Shown here one piece after another: positions 13,754 to 26,802 of a stretch of 64,000 nt of DNA (its first letter is position 1; each line of letters starts with the position of its first letter). A program made the translations under genes and the position numbers. This DNA is from Octopus vulgaris (lineage: Eukaryota): positions 106,950,001-107,014,000 of the forward strand of contig OX597822.1 of NCBI GenBank assembly GCA_951406725.2, written 5' to 3'. The notes below the pieces were generated by a model. That model had not been told where the DNA came from and searched no databases. It worked only from the letters and a program-made list of their open reading frames with translations.

Positions 13754-14832
13754 CAAACACACACGCACAAATATATATATATATATATATGCTAACGCTA
13801 TACAGACGTATATTTATGTAAGTATGTACTTGTGTATATGTGTATTTGCAGCCATTTTTGTTCGTCATCTCCTGAAGGAAGAATCAATTTATCGACAAAC
13901 ACTACATCTCAAGTAGTATTTAGCGAATAACCGACTATAATAGTCCATTTATTACTTACTCCCTTTTGAAAACTGGAAACCAGTGAGAGCTTGCTATATT
14001 TCGGTGCCAAAACTCAAGAGAGTAATGAACGCATGAGCATAGATACATATTCCCTGCATTCATATACAAAACGTTAACACACAACGGGGCACGTTTATAT
14101 ATACACAAACACACTCACACACACACGCAGACATTTTTACTTACTTTCGAACACACAAACGTAAACTCAGATAGACACACATTATTAACTGAATCAAGCC
14201 GAAGGTTTCAGAATCCGATTCCTAATCTCTTTGCTTTGTCAATGAAGAATTTTAAGGAGAAAATCACGTAGTCAAGTTAGCCATCATTATTAGCGAACAC
14301 GTATTTCTGTGATATGTTTCTTTTTTTTTTTATAGAAGTATATTTACATCTTTTAGCATTCATTCTAATTTTAGAGACCAATTTCTTTGTATGGTCATAT
14401 AATCTTTCCCCTCTCCCCTCAGCAAATTCGATTGTCTGTCCAGTGTTAATATCTGCTTGTTATTCACACTGGAAAAATGGGGTCGCGTTTGTTTTACGTA
14501 CTTAGTAGCGCCAACATGAAGAATATTTCAGCGTATATTTTTTTCATTTCAATCAATTCACAAAACAAACAACCAATCTAAAACCTTATGCTTTGAGGGT
14601 AAAATGTTTTCCGATTTTTGTTTTTGTTTTTGGCCAGTTCTGCCAATAGAATGCCAATAGAAAACTTCGCAAGTATCATTTTTCTCGTGAAAAGAATCGT
14701 GGTAAAGTGTTGAAATAGTAAACTGGCAATGTTCCCGTATTCGTTTATTAAGATATGTGTTCCGAACGAATCGACGAACTCCGACATTTGCAGCTGATAA
14801 ATTGTCAATCAACTGACTGCTCAGTTGGGTGT

Positions 14833-14864
<32 letters not shown>

Positions 14865-15067
14865 TTTTACTTTCTTTCTTACTTTCTTTCGTTCCCTTCT
14901 TTCTTTCTTTCTGCCACTCACTTTCCCCTCTTTCTCAATTTTCCACGAATATATAAAGAGAGTGCGCAAGCATAAACTTGTCTCTCCTCTTTGTCAGTCT
15001 TCCTGATCTTTCTGCCCATCTTTTGCTTCCAGCTCTCTCTTACCCCACGTATTTATATATATATATA

Positions 15068-15255
15068 TAGTCGCCATGATAGTTCGTTAGCCACTACACA
15101 CATTTTTTTCTCTCCTTGTTTTTTCTGTGTCCCTTTCTGTAGAAGAGCGTAGGCTCGAAACGTAAAAGACTTTTTCTATTCCTGAGCGTTATACTAATAC
15201 ATCTGTTTGTTTTGTACACCACCTGTCTTCGTCTTTTGTTTTTTTCGTAAACTCT

Positions 15256-15260
<5 letters not shown>
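15068..15260 (+). mobile_element. Short (TA)n-embedded element (family B) carrying a hammerhead-like motif at 15133-15168
   Basis: cttt CTGTAGA a GAGC gtag GCTC GAAAC GTA aaag; copies at 20900-21097 (+) and 61537-61741 (-), partial at about 20030-20085 (-). Confidence 0.75.
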
Positions 15261-15316
<56 letters not shown>

Positions 15317-15889
15317 CACAATATATATAATGTTGTGTCTGGGAAGAGTCATTCTCTTTTAGCACCATATAATTTTACACTCTCATCGGTAAAATTTCCA
15401 CTTATTTCTTTTTAATTTTTCTAAAATTTTCGTTGCGTCTTGTAACCTTGTTGCAAGACGCAAAGAAAAGTTTTGAAAAATGGAAAAAGGAGTTAAATTA
15501 TAAGGCACTAAAAGAGAATGTCTCTCCCTCCCCAGACATATGCTTCTACACACTAACTCACATAAAGAATCTTGCAAACCAAATTCAAAAACGTAATAAA
15601 CACACACACACACACATACACATATATATATATATATATGCATTCATACATGTATACACACACACGCATATATATATATATATACTTATATACATACATA
15701 TGATCATTTCTACTCTAGGCACAAGGCCCGACCATACCTACATACGAGGCAACTTTGGGGGTATACTTTTGCCACCATGGATAATAACATGGGTGATATA
15801 AAAAAATACGGCATGCATGTAATAATCATAATCTAACGTTTACCAAATTCCTTGGTGCTTGTACAAAATACTGAATTATTATTACGTAA

Positions 15890-16115
15890 CCTTTCGGGTC
15901 GATAAATTAAGTACCAGTTGAGTACCTGGGTCGACGTAAACGACTATCCCCCTCCCACAAATTCCAGGCATTGTGCCTATAGTGGAAAGGATAACTAAGG
16001 AGGTGAGCCGACAGAATTGTTAGCACGACAGACAAAAGGCTAAGCGATGTTTTGTCCGTCTTTACGTTCTGAGTTCAAATTCCGCCGAGGTCAACTTTCT
16101 TTTCATACTCTCGGA
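15890..16115 (+). mobile_element. S2 SINE fragments (3' half followed by a head)
   Basis: cctttcgggtcgataaattaagtacc... then ggaggtgagccgacagaattgttagcacg...gttctgagttcaaattccgccgagg. Confidence 0.75.
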
Positions 16116-16159
16116 ACCGACTAGGCCGCTTCCTCCAAAATTTCAGGCATTATGCCCAT

Positions 16160-16352
16160 AGTAGTTGTTGTTGTTGTTGTTGTTGTTCTTCTTCTTCTTC
16201 TTCTTCTTCTTCTTCTTCTTCTTCTTCTTCTTCTTCTTCTTCTTTTTCTTGTTCTTGTTCTTGTTCTTGTTCTTGTTCTTGTTGTTGTTGTTCTTCTTCT
16301 TCTTCTTCTCCTCCTCCTCCTCCTCTTCCTCCTCCTCCTCCTTCTTCTTCTT
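16160..16352. repeat. Compound (GTT)n/(CTT)n/(CTTGTT)n/(CCT)n microsatellite
   Basis: Directly visible. Confidence 0.95.
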
Positions 16353-17127
16353 CACCTCTTTCTGTGATCCCTTCTTACTGTGTGTATGTTGTGAAACCTA
16401 CTCAGGTTTTCTTGCAGCTCGAACAAAAGTTCCCGCCTGTCTAGTGATCTTACTGTTGCTATTTTTCATGCTTTTATTGCTAACAATGATGATAGTACTG
16501 ATGCTGTTGTTGCAAATGCGTTATTAGGTGCCTCTGCTGCACGCAGGCGGATGCAATTGCAATATCTCTGTTCATACCGAGAGGCTGAAATCATTACGGT
16601 AGCAACAGAGTAGCGGACACTTTTTTTACAACAGTAATAGAAAAGGTGGGCAGAAAAGATTTAAAAAAAACCGTGGGAGACATAGACTGGAGTGTGTCTG
16701 TTAGTTATTGAACGTCAGTCAGTCTAATGACCTTTCTCTGGATGCGTAGCAGGATGTCTCAGCGTAGCAACACTGTCGTAGATATGGGTACCAAACACCG
16801 TTGTGGTCATCACTTGAGTCTTATAAAATACCAACACAATTAATGGAGATTGGAAATATATCCGGGCTCCGAAGAGTAGAGGCAGTCTTTAGGACGCGGT
16901 AACATATATATATATATATATAAGTTCAGCAAAATTTAGGTTCAGATGAATATGGTACTTAAGTTAAAGGCACCAGAATTTTGTATGGTATTATCCATAT
17001 AAAACAAATGGGGTGATTATAATCAAAATAAGCAACAAGGATATCCAAGATAGAGTAGTACAATTATTTCGTGCTACAATGAAACGATTGTACTACTATA
17101 CCTTGGATATCCTTGTTGCTTATATTG

Positions 17128-17188
<61 letters not shown>

Positions 17189-18138
17189 TCTTTAGAAAAA
17201 ACATACATCTGGAGAAGGAGCACACTCTAAGAAGTAGAGAAGTCTATATTTTATCCTGGTGAAGGCCGGTTTATGGGGTTACCCTGGGTTTCTCGTCCAT
17301 AAAATGTTTTGGTTTCCGGCGTATCGTCAGACCCCAAGAAAAAAATACACACACAGACAGACACACAGACCCCACCCACACCAACCTCCTACACGATGTT
17401 TGTTAAAAAATTGTTTGAGTGATGTGGCCCTTTTTATAATGAGCGATATCTCATAAGGCCAGCTGCTTTGAAATAAAGATAAGATTGTCCATACTTGCCC
17501 AGCAGCTTGTTGAACTGTTAGAATTAGCTGTTCTGGCCAGAGAGACACATAACCATACGCCAGCAGTTTTTGAGTTGAACTCACGGCCTCTCAGACGGTT
17601 GTATAGTACTTTATATGGAATATACAATTCATTCCTCCATTGTTGAACTATATATTCGCATGCAGATATGCATTTTCCAATTACTTCTAACGTCATTCAT
17701 ACACGATAAAATATATTTATTCAACGAAGGATCTTTCATGAAATAATTTCTATAGATTCAATTATAACAGATATTTGTATAGTGGAGGCAAAATAGTAGA
17801 AATTCCTTTACAATGTACGATCACTACCGGGGATTTAGATAACTTTCGCTGTGTAGCAAAAGGAAGAAAAGAAAAACCAAAAAAACCCAACGTCTACAGT
17901 TCTCATTCACTTTATACTTATGCATATGCAGATATAATGGTTTGTTATCGGGAGCACATGCATATATACACTCGTGCATATTTAACTTTGTAAGACAAAA
18001 TTCTGAATACACATTGGTAGGCTCGCTCATACAAATATACACTCTAACATAGATTTCATAGAGAGGTATATAAATGTTGTGTAGTTAAAATAAACATTCC
18101 CACACGCACATACAAACACGCACACATACTCACACATT

Positions 18139-18170
<32 letters not shown>

Positions 18171-18171
18171 C

Positions 18172-18223
<52 letters not shown>

Positions 18224-18309
18224 ATATTCATATATACACATCTACATATATACATATATTCATAATATACACGTATGTATAACGGATATAAAGATTAATA
18301 TACAATTAC

Positions 18310-18340
<31 letters not shown>

Positions 18341-18366
18341 ATTTACTTACATATATATACACATAT

Positions 18367-18399
<33 letters not shown>

Positions 18400-18805
18400 C
18401 ACATATACACACATCACATATACACATAAATATATATTACATGTGCATGTATATTATATTACATTATATTTATACTTTTTCGTTCTCACACACACACATA
18501 TGTATATATATATATATATATATACACATGCACAAACATGTATTACATGCAAATCTTTTTATGCATATTTTAGAAATATTTTTTTTTTATCAGGAGATCA
18601 ATTATTAAAGAGTAACGATGTAAATGTCTTGCAACCATATTTTAGCCAACCACGCAGTAGAATCTCACGTACATAAAAATAGTACATGACCAACGTTGCT
18701 AAACTGAGATTATTCGAGCAATTACTATGCAAAAATACTCTAAAAATGAGTTGGGAATAAAAATAAATATCGGTTTTTGCAGGTTGACATTTGTAATCAC
18801 CATTG

Positions 18806-18944
<139 letters not shown>

Positions 18945-19054
18945 GCTATCTATCTATCTATCATATGTGCCTATGTATCTGCCAGTCTGTCTGTCTATGT
19001 GTCTGCTGTGTGTTTAGCTGTCCATACCTATGCATGCTGGTGCATATGTATATG

Positions 19055-19400
<346 letters not shown>

Positions 19401-19602
19401 TGGAGGGAGAGAGAGGTAAAGAGAGTAATAAGAAAACGGAGGGGATCAATAGGTGGTTCATCAACTTCTAAACATTATATTAAGTCAACTTTATTAGTTA
19501 CTAAAATGACAATTACAAGAATATATATACATGTTATGCTTTACATATAAAATATATTAATATATAAAGATACCAGTAATTATTAAAATATAACATACAG
19601 GA

Positions 19603-19720
19603 ATATCTTACAGCCCTTTCAGCCAAGAGGCACCAATTACCTCATTCTACATTTATTCCTCCTGTAGACTGAAGTAATAAGTAGATGAAATTGAGGTACT
19701 CTAGGCTTCGTCAGAGATTT
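19603..19720 (-). ncRNA. Type-I hammerhead motif with long extended stem II
   Basis: Minus strand: atct CTGACGA AGCC...tacctca...tgaggta...GGCT GAAA gggct GTA agat. Confidence 0.6.
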
Positions 19721-19749
19721 TGTATATTACATGTACATATATATATACA

Positions 19750-19988
19750 AGGCACTTTATTTCACGTTGCTCCAGTTCACTCAGCTGTAGAAATGAGTTG
19801 CGACGTCACAGGTGCCAAGCTGTATCGGCCCTTGCCTTTCCCTTGGACAACATCGGTGACGTGGAGAGGGAGGCCGGTATGCATGGGCGACTGCTGGTCT
19901 TCCATAAAACAACCTTGCCCAGACTTGTGCCTCAGAGGGTATCTCTCTAGGTGCAAACCCATGGTCAGTGCCTGACCGAAGGGGGTCT

Positions 19989-19990
<2 letters not shown>
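19750..19990 (+). mobile_element. 5'-truncated S3 SINE
   Basis: Matches 39510-39750 (cactttatttcacgttgctccagttcactcagctgtag...gaccgaagggggtc). Confidence 0.85.
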
Positions 19991-20024
<34 letters not shown>

Positions 20025-20899
20025 TAGTTGAAATTTACAGAAAAACAAAAGTCGAAGACAGGTGTATAAACAACAAACAGAAAATGCCAGCTTCATAATC
20101 CTGTTCTCTGATCAAGTAAGATTGATTAAACTTTAAACCTCGGTAACATTTTTCTGCAACATTTCTGGAACAAATAAATAACAAAATCGGATTTAACGTA
20201 GAAATATGTAGAACAAACAGCGTGGCATTATCACTCCGGGCAAAATACTTCATAAGCTCTCCGTTGGCACATCAAGCTAACAAAAATACTTAGATTAGTG
20301 AAAAATTCCAAGTAATCTTCAGGTTGATTTCCAAGTTATGATTCATCACAATTCTATATTGTAAATCCGTGGATTTACAATAGAGTTGACATTGAGGTAA
20401 CACAACCATGAAGGTATCATAAATTGGAAGGATACTGTAGATAGGTAAGTACCATATCTAATTTAAACTGTATATCAGATTCAAGGTTAAATTGAAAAAT
20501 CAAATTGAAAAATCAAATTGAAAAATCACAGCAGCTGTTTCGGTAGAAGTTTCTTGATGTAGTCATAGATTACATCATTGAATATCATTCACCATCTTCA
20601 GGTAAAATTTTCAACAGGTATAAATAAGTGAGAGAACAGCTCGATGATGATGAGTCCGACCAACGTTTTTGGATATGCTATGGATGTAGTCTAAAGATGC
20701 ACGAATAAAATCCTTCTGAAACAGTTGTAAATTTTAAGCCCCATTTATATTATGTTACATGATGTATATATGTATGTAAGTATGTATGTATGTATGCTTA
20801 TATATATATATGTGTGTGTATGCGTGTGGATATATATGTATATACATATTATATATACATGTATATATTCATATATATGTATATGTATATATATATATA

Positions 20900-21091
20900 T
20901 GGTCAGTCGCCATGATAGATCGTTAGCCACTACACATTTTTTTTTCTCCTTGTTTTTTTCTGTGTCCCTTTCCGTAGAAGAACGTAGGCTCGAAACGTAA
21001 ACGATTTTTTTCTATTCCTGAGCGTTATACTAATACATCTGTTTGTTTTGTACACTACCTGTCTTCGTCTTTTGTTTTCATCGTAAACTCT

Positions 21092-21097
<6 letters not shown>
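20900..21097 (+). mobile_element. Family B short element with hammerhead-like motif (20968-21003)
   Basis: Near-identical to 15068-15260; CCGTAGA...GAAACGTA; in (TA)n. Confidence 0.75.
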
Positions 21098-21162
<65 letters not shown>

Positions 21163-21692
21163 GACAACAGTGTAGAATAATTTTCACAGACGAGGCCTAA
21201 AAAGAAAGTAACATGCTCCTTACTCTTATCACGTGGCTTTAAAGACCAGGTCCATTCTAATTTTCATTGTCTACATTCCTTAGAAATTTTTATCAACTTA
21301 TCTTAAGGCATTATCTCCCCTGTTTGCAGTCTCTAAGTCTTTAAACATCTAGAGAGAGGTCTTAAATACTATTAAATACTAATTGTCTTGATGATCTCAG
21401 CTGATCAGAATTTTGAAATTGAGGATATTCCATGCCAGTGTTACTGCATTTTATGAGTTTAGGCTACGGAATACACCCATGGAGTATATTTTCTCATCCG
21501 GATTCCTAAGCATGATATGACTACGTATTTTTATCGAACTAATTATATTAGAATTTTATTGATCTCACTCTATTTGCAATCTATTGATCTAATCCAAGAA
21601 TGGTAGCAATTCATCGATTTCAATAGATTAGCAATGTATCGATCCAAACATTATTAGAAATGTAAACTGCATCACAGACTTGGCTGCTTCGT

Positions 21693-21749
<57 letters not shown>

Positions 21750-21844
21750 AACACTCGACATTCTGTCGTCATAAGAAATAAAACATGGCGATACATAAAG
21801 CAGGTGTGACATGTGTGGAAAACTAGCATGCAGTCGAAAAGCAG

Positions 21845-22495
21845 TGAGCAGAGGGAGAAAGGAGGAGGAAGAGAATGAGGAAGAGGAAAAGGAGGAGAGA
21901 GGGAGTGAGCGGAAGAGAATGTGGGAGAATAAGGAAGAGGGAGAGGAAGGAAGATGGAGATAAGGACGAGAGTGAGGACAAAGACAGTGAGGAGGAAGGA
22001 GTAGAGGAGGAAGAGAGGGAGGGGAAGAGAATGAGGAAGAGGAAAAGGAGAGGGAGAAGAAAGGAGGAGAGAGAGGGAGTGAGAGGAAGAGAATGTGGGA
22101 GAATATGGAAGAGGGAGAGGAAGGAAAAGGGTGAAGAAAATGGAGAGGAAGGAAGAGAGTGAGGACAAAGATAGTGAGGTGGAAGGAGTAGAGGAGGAAG
22201 AGAGGGAAGGGAAGAGAGGGAGATGAAAGAGAGGAAGAAGGTAGAGAGAAAGTATGAAGAGTGGGTGGAGGGATAGAGGAGGAAGAGGACGGGGAAGAAA
22301 GGGAAAGGGAAACAGAGGAAGTGAAAGAGGAGATGAAGAGGACGAGGGGAAGCGACGAAGAAAGAAGGGATGAAGGAAGAAGGGAAGTGAAGAAAGCGGC
22401 GGACGAAGAGGATGGAGAGGAAGGGCAGAAGGAAGAAGAGGAGTAGGAAGATAAGGAAGAGCAAATTGGAGGCAGGAGTGGAAGAGAGAAAAGAA
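21845..22495. repeat. Polypurine (GA-rich) tract with an internal ~175-190-bp duplication
   Basis: gaagagaatgtgggagaat at 21912 and 22086; gagtgaggacaaaga at 21970 and 22157. Confidence 0.85.
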
Positions 22496-22860
22496 CTGAT
22501 GATGCTTTCGTGAGTGATGACTGATGAGTGAAATGATGATGATGCTGAAGATGATGGGGATGGTGGAGATGATGGTGATGGTGATGGTGATGGTGATGGT
22601 GATGGTGATGTTAATAATGATCGTGATAATGGTGCGTGTGATGGTTATGATGATAATCATGATGATAGCTGCGGTAGTAATGATGATGCCAATGATGATG
22701 ATGAAGAGGAGGAAGTTGATGCTGACTACAAGGCGTACAGAAATAATGATAATTACAATGATAATGATGGTAATTATGAGATAATTATTACGATGACAGT
22801 GATTATGATAATAATGAAGATAATGAGGATAATGACGGGGATAATAGAGGTAGTGATGCA

Positions 22861-22905
<45 letters not shown>

Positions 22906-22990
22906 AACAACTATGACGACGATAATGATGATGATGGTGCTGATGGTGATGATGATGATAACGACGACGATGACGTTGGTGGTGATGACA

Positions 22991-23220
22991 AGGCGGCGAG
23001 CTGGCAGAACCGTTAGCACGTCGGGCGAAATGCGCAGCCGTATTTCGTCTGCCGTTACGTTCTGAGTTCAAATTCCGCCGAGGTCGACTTTGCCTTTCAT
23101 CTTTTCGGGGTCGATAAATTAAGTACCAGTTACACACTGGGGTCGATGTAATCGACTTAATCCGTTTGTCTGTCCTTGTTTGTCCTTTCTGTGTTTAGCC
23201 CCTTCTGGGTAGTAACGAAA
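22991..23220 (+). mobile_element. S2 SINE embedded in (ATG)n-rich DNA
   Basis: ggcggcgagctggcagaaccgttagcacg...gagttcaaattccgccgaggtcgac...ggggtcgataaattaagtacc. Confidence 0.9.
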
Positions 23221-23221
23221 A

Positions 23222-23288
23222 GGATGACGTTGGTGGTGATGGCGATGATAATAATATTGATGATGAGGATGATGACGATGACGACGAC

Positions 23289-23333
<45 letters not shown>

Positions 23334-23514
23334 GATGATGACGGCGACTATGACGTTGGTTGTAATGATGATGATGATGATAACAACGATGACGACGATA
23401 ATGATGATGGTGCTGATGGTGATGATGATGATAACGACGACGATGACGTTGGTGGTGATAGCGATGATAATAATATTGATGATGAGGATGATGACGATGA
23501 CGACGACGATGATG

Positions 23515-23558
<44 letters not shown>

Positions 23559-23739
23559 GATGATGACGGCGACTATGACGTTGGTTGTAATGATGATGAT
23601 GATGATAACAACGATGACGACGATAATGATGATGGTGCTGATGGTGATGATGATGATAACGACGACGATGACGTTGGTGGTGATAGCGATGATAATAATA
23701 TTGATGATGAGGATGATGACGATGACGACGACGATGATG

Positions 23740-23783
<44 letters not shown>

Positions 23784-23964
23784 GATGATGACGGCGACTA
23801 TGACGTTGGTTGTAATGATGATGATGATGATAACAACGATGACGACGATAATGATGATGGTGCTGATGGTGATGATGATGATAACGACGACGATGACGTT
23901 GGTGGTGATAGCGATGATAATAATATTGATGATGAGGATGATGACGATGACGACGACGATGATG

Positions 23965-24008
<44 letters not shown>

Positions 24009-24060
24009 GATGATGACGGCGACTATGACGTTGGTTGTAATGATGATGATGATGATGATC
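23222..24060. repeat. 225-bp higher-order tandem repeat (~3.7 units) built from (ATG/ACG)n
   Basis: Marker acggcgactatgacgttggttg at 23341, 23566, 23791 and 24016. Confidence 0.9.
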
Positions 24061-24234
24061 ATGGTGAGGACGATCACGATCATGATAATTTTACTCCATC
24101 CATACAATCATACTACTCCTTTGCTAATCCTAAAAAACCGTCAACATCTTCATAATTATGGTAAATAAAAAAAAGTTATGTGAGAGGAGACGATGCTTTT
24201 CGGTTCTAGTTCTATTTGGCACAAATATCAGTAA

Positions 24235-24385
24235 CGTCCATACCAACACAGGGACACACACTAAAGTTTATGTTGAATTTTGTAAATCCAAATTTGAAAT
24301 TCGCCTGAACAACCACAGATTTTCTTTCAGGATCCCGGAGAGACGCAAGATAATGACACTCGCAGCATACACTACCGTCAGAAAT
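24235..24385 (+). mobile_element. Penelope-like GIY-YIG endonuclease fragment
   Basis: KVYVEFCKSKFEIRLNNHRFSFRIPERRKIMTLAAY resembles the YIG..FKxRxxNHxxSF motif. Confidence 0.55.
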
Positions 24386-25104
24386 TAATTAGCACCCTTG
24401 ATTTGCTCTCTCTTCACTCAAGGTATGTGCTGTCACCTAGTGGCCATATCTCGAACTATTGCTTTGTTGCGAGTTCACTGTTGCGCAGAACGATGACGTA
24501 ACTTTGTTTGCAGAGCAGTTTGAGAGTCTACAGCCTTATGATGTTGACATAGCAGTGCAACAACAACTTGGAGTGCGGATGCAGACAAATCTTCCTTTGT
24601 TTAATAGATATAGGTAGCGCCTCGCAAGGACCGAAACACACCATACTAAGTTTTCTCATCGCGTAAGACGTTTTGAACAGCTCATAGGTTAATTGATTTA
24701 ACCTATTTAATGTAGAAATTTGAGAAGTGCTAATTAATTTCTGACGCAAGTGTACATATGGCGTCTAAAGGACGATCATACGCCCTTTAGCATCAGGTGG
24801 AAATTACTAGAAAGTTGTGGACCCTATCACAATGGAACAAGACTATGCAAATTGTGTACGGCAGAAATATATATAATCTCATGAACTCACATGAACCAGG
24901 AGGCTATCTGAACTCCAGTACGGAAGCCATGGGGACTTGTTCAAATTTTCGGAAATTTTTACTTCAAAATTGGAAAACCAAGCTATCAAGCAAAGGAAGA
25001 CAACTTGCCCTGCCATAATTTTATAAGGGGAATAAATATTTCTTCAACTATCACCGGCGTTCTTGTGTTTAAAAAAGAACATTCTTTGCAGAGATCAGTT
25101 ATTG

Positions 25105-25166
25105 TTTAGAGAAACTGAAGAGATGTCTACTTCACGCTAGATATGAAACCAATGTTTTTTTCTAAA
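25105..25166 (+). ncRNA. Type-I hammerhead ribozyme motif with intact core
   Basis: Stem I tttagagaaa/tttttctaaa (10 bp incl. one G-U), CTGAAGA, g, stem II atgtcta/tagatat, GAAAC caat GTT; 25 bp upstream of a (TA)n tract. Confidence 0.7.
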
Positions 25167-25184
25167 GTGTTATGTTGCCCACAC

Positions 25185-25219
<35 letters not shown>

Positions 25220-25609
25220 ACATTTTTTCCGTAATAAGATAAAAAAAAAACAAGGCTGTATAGATATTAGAGCATTTATAGATAGGAGGTCTTACAGGTA
25301 TTTCTAGGATATTAATTAATAATATCCCTTCATCGGAGAAGGTATGAGAGCAAAAAATTAAGTCATAGTTAGTTTCGATGTGATACAAAATAGAGAGTGA
25401 GGTGGAAGAAAGAAAATAGATGTAAGATGTGTATGGGTGACTCTGGAACTTAACTATGGTCTGTTTATAGTACTTATTCGGCATTGTCTGACACCTTTGG
25501 GTCTCAATGACGCCATTGTCTCTTATAACCTCAACTTCTCGCCACTATATATATAGATATATATATATATATACACACACATATATATATACATATACAT
25601 ATATATATT

Positions 25610-25670
25610 TTTATTTATTTATCTAGTTTCAGCTCACAAGCTGTGGCCATGCTGGGGCACCGCCATTAAA
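25610..25670 (-). mobile_element. Isolated LINE 3' tail
   Basis: atctagtttcagctcacaagctgtggccatgctggggcaccgccatt is identical to the tail of the LINE at about 38153-38199. Confidence 0.8.
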
Positions 25671-25697
25671 GATTTTTCGACCATGACGACCATATAC

Positions 25698-25732
<35 letters not shown>

Positions 25733-25911
25733 TGTATGTATGTATGTATGTATGTATGTTTGTATGTGTGTGAGCATGCGCAAGTATGTACCATGAGCGT
25801 TGTCGTTTGTAGCGCTGTTGTGAAATAACAAATATCGTGGTCTTCGTTATTTTACCGTCGCTTCAGTAGAAGCTGCAAATGGCAGAACTCAATGTAAACG
25901 TGTAGAATATA

Positions 25912-26307
25912 TCTTTATATATAAAAGTGAGGCTGTGTGCTGTTTGTCTCCTACGATTTAGATTCCTAACTACTCCCACATTTTACAGTGCAGTTCAACC
26001 AAAACCAGGTATCTTATAGTCGTGATTCATATCGAGCCCTTCTGGGTATTAGCGCGCGTCTACGATGAGTCGACGATTTAAAAAAAAATTTACCATCAAT
26101 TTTTCCCATTTTTAATGCATTTTTGGCATATATAAGGGAAGTAACTCTCTAAAAATTTATTATTAAATCTCAGAATGTAAAAAGCTACAGTAACACCCCC
26201 CCTTTGTGGTTAACCATATTGAGATGGCTATTATACTTTACATCTCTAAAAATGCTTTTATAGTTATTTCCCTTACAAACCCGAGCAACGCCGGGCGATA
26301 CTGCTAG
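25912..26307 (+). mobile_element. Non-autonomous Helitron
   Basis: A|TCTTTATATATAAAAG start; cccgagcaacgccggg hairpin + CTAG|T end; homologous to 45618-46015. Confidence 0.9.
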
Positions 26308-26802
26308 TTTTTAATATAATTCTAATAGTACGAGTGAGACACTTCCAATGGTATTTTCCGTTTGTATATGCATATATTGTGAAATACTATTTGAATTTCC
26401 ATTTCTACAGACACCTACGTCTGTTGGTGCAGAGAAAGCTGTTAATGTTATCAACAGTTTATTTATTAACAAATTTCCTAGCCAGCAGCATTTGGTAATC
26501 CCTCAGTTTATGACGTCATTCAGCTTTGCGTCATTAATCATCTGTAAAGTCGGGAGTGTACACGAGGAAGAAACGTAAATTGTAGTCTCTGAAAGAGAGA
26601 AACCAAACAACGACGTTGGCTTACCCGTTTATTTAGAGATTTCATTCGAATTTATTATATGTGGTTATATCGAATTGTTAAAAATACTGTTGCTTGTCAT
26701 AAATGTTGGAAATAAATATAACGCAAAGAATTGTAATCAAATAGAGAAACTAAACAGGCTATGATATTTTGGCTAAAAGGAATCATCACAGTTCTGATAG
26801 TC

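Noticed and set aside
17451-17696. Possible extra minus-strand exon with a gtgagt donor near 17580
   Set aside because: No similarity to Cys-loop receptors or any recognised family, and no convincing acceptor.
21620-24168. Long ORFs (505, 316, 330 aa)
   Set aside because: Open only because GA-rich and (ATG)n repeats lack stops; they run through a SINE; low-complexity products.
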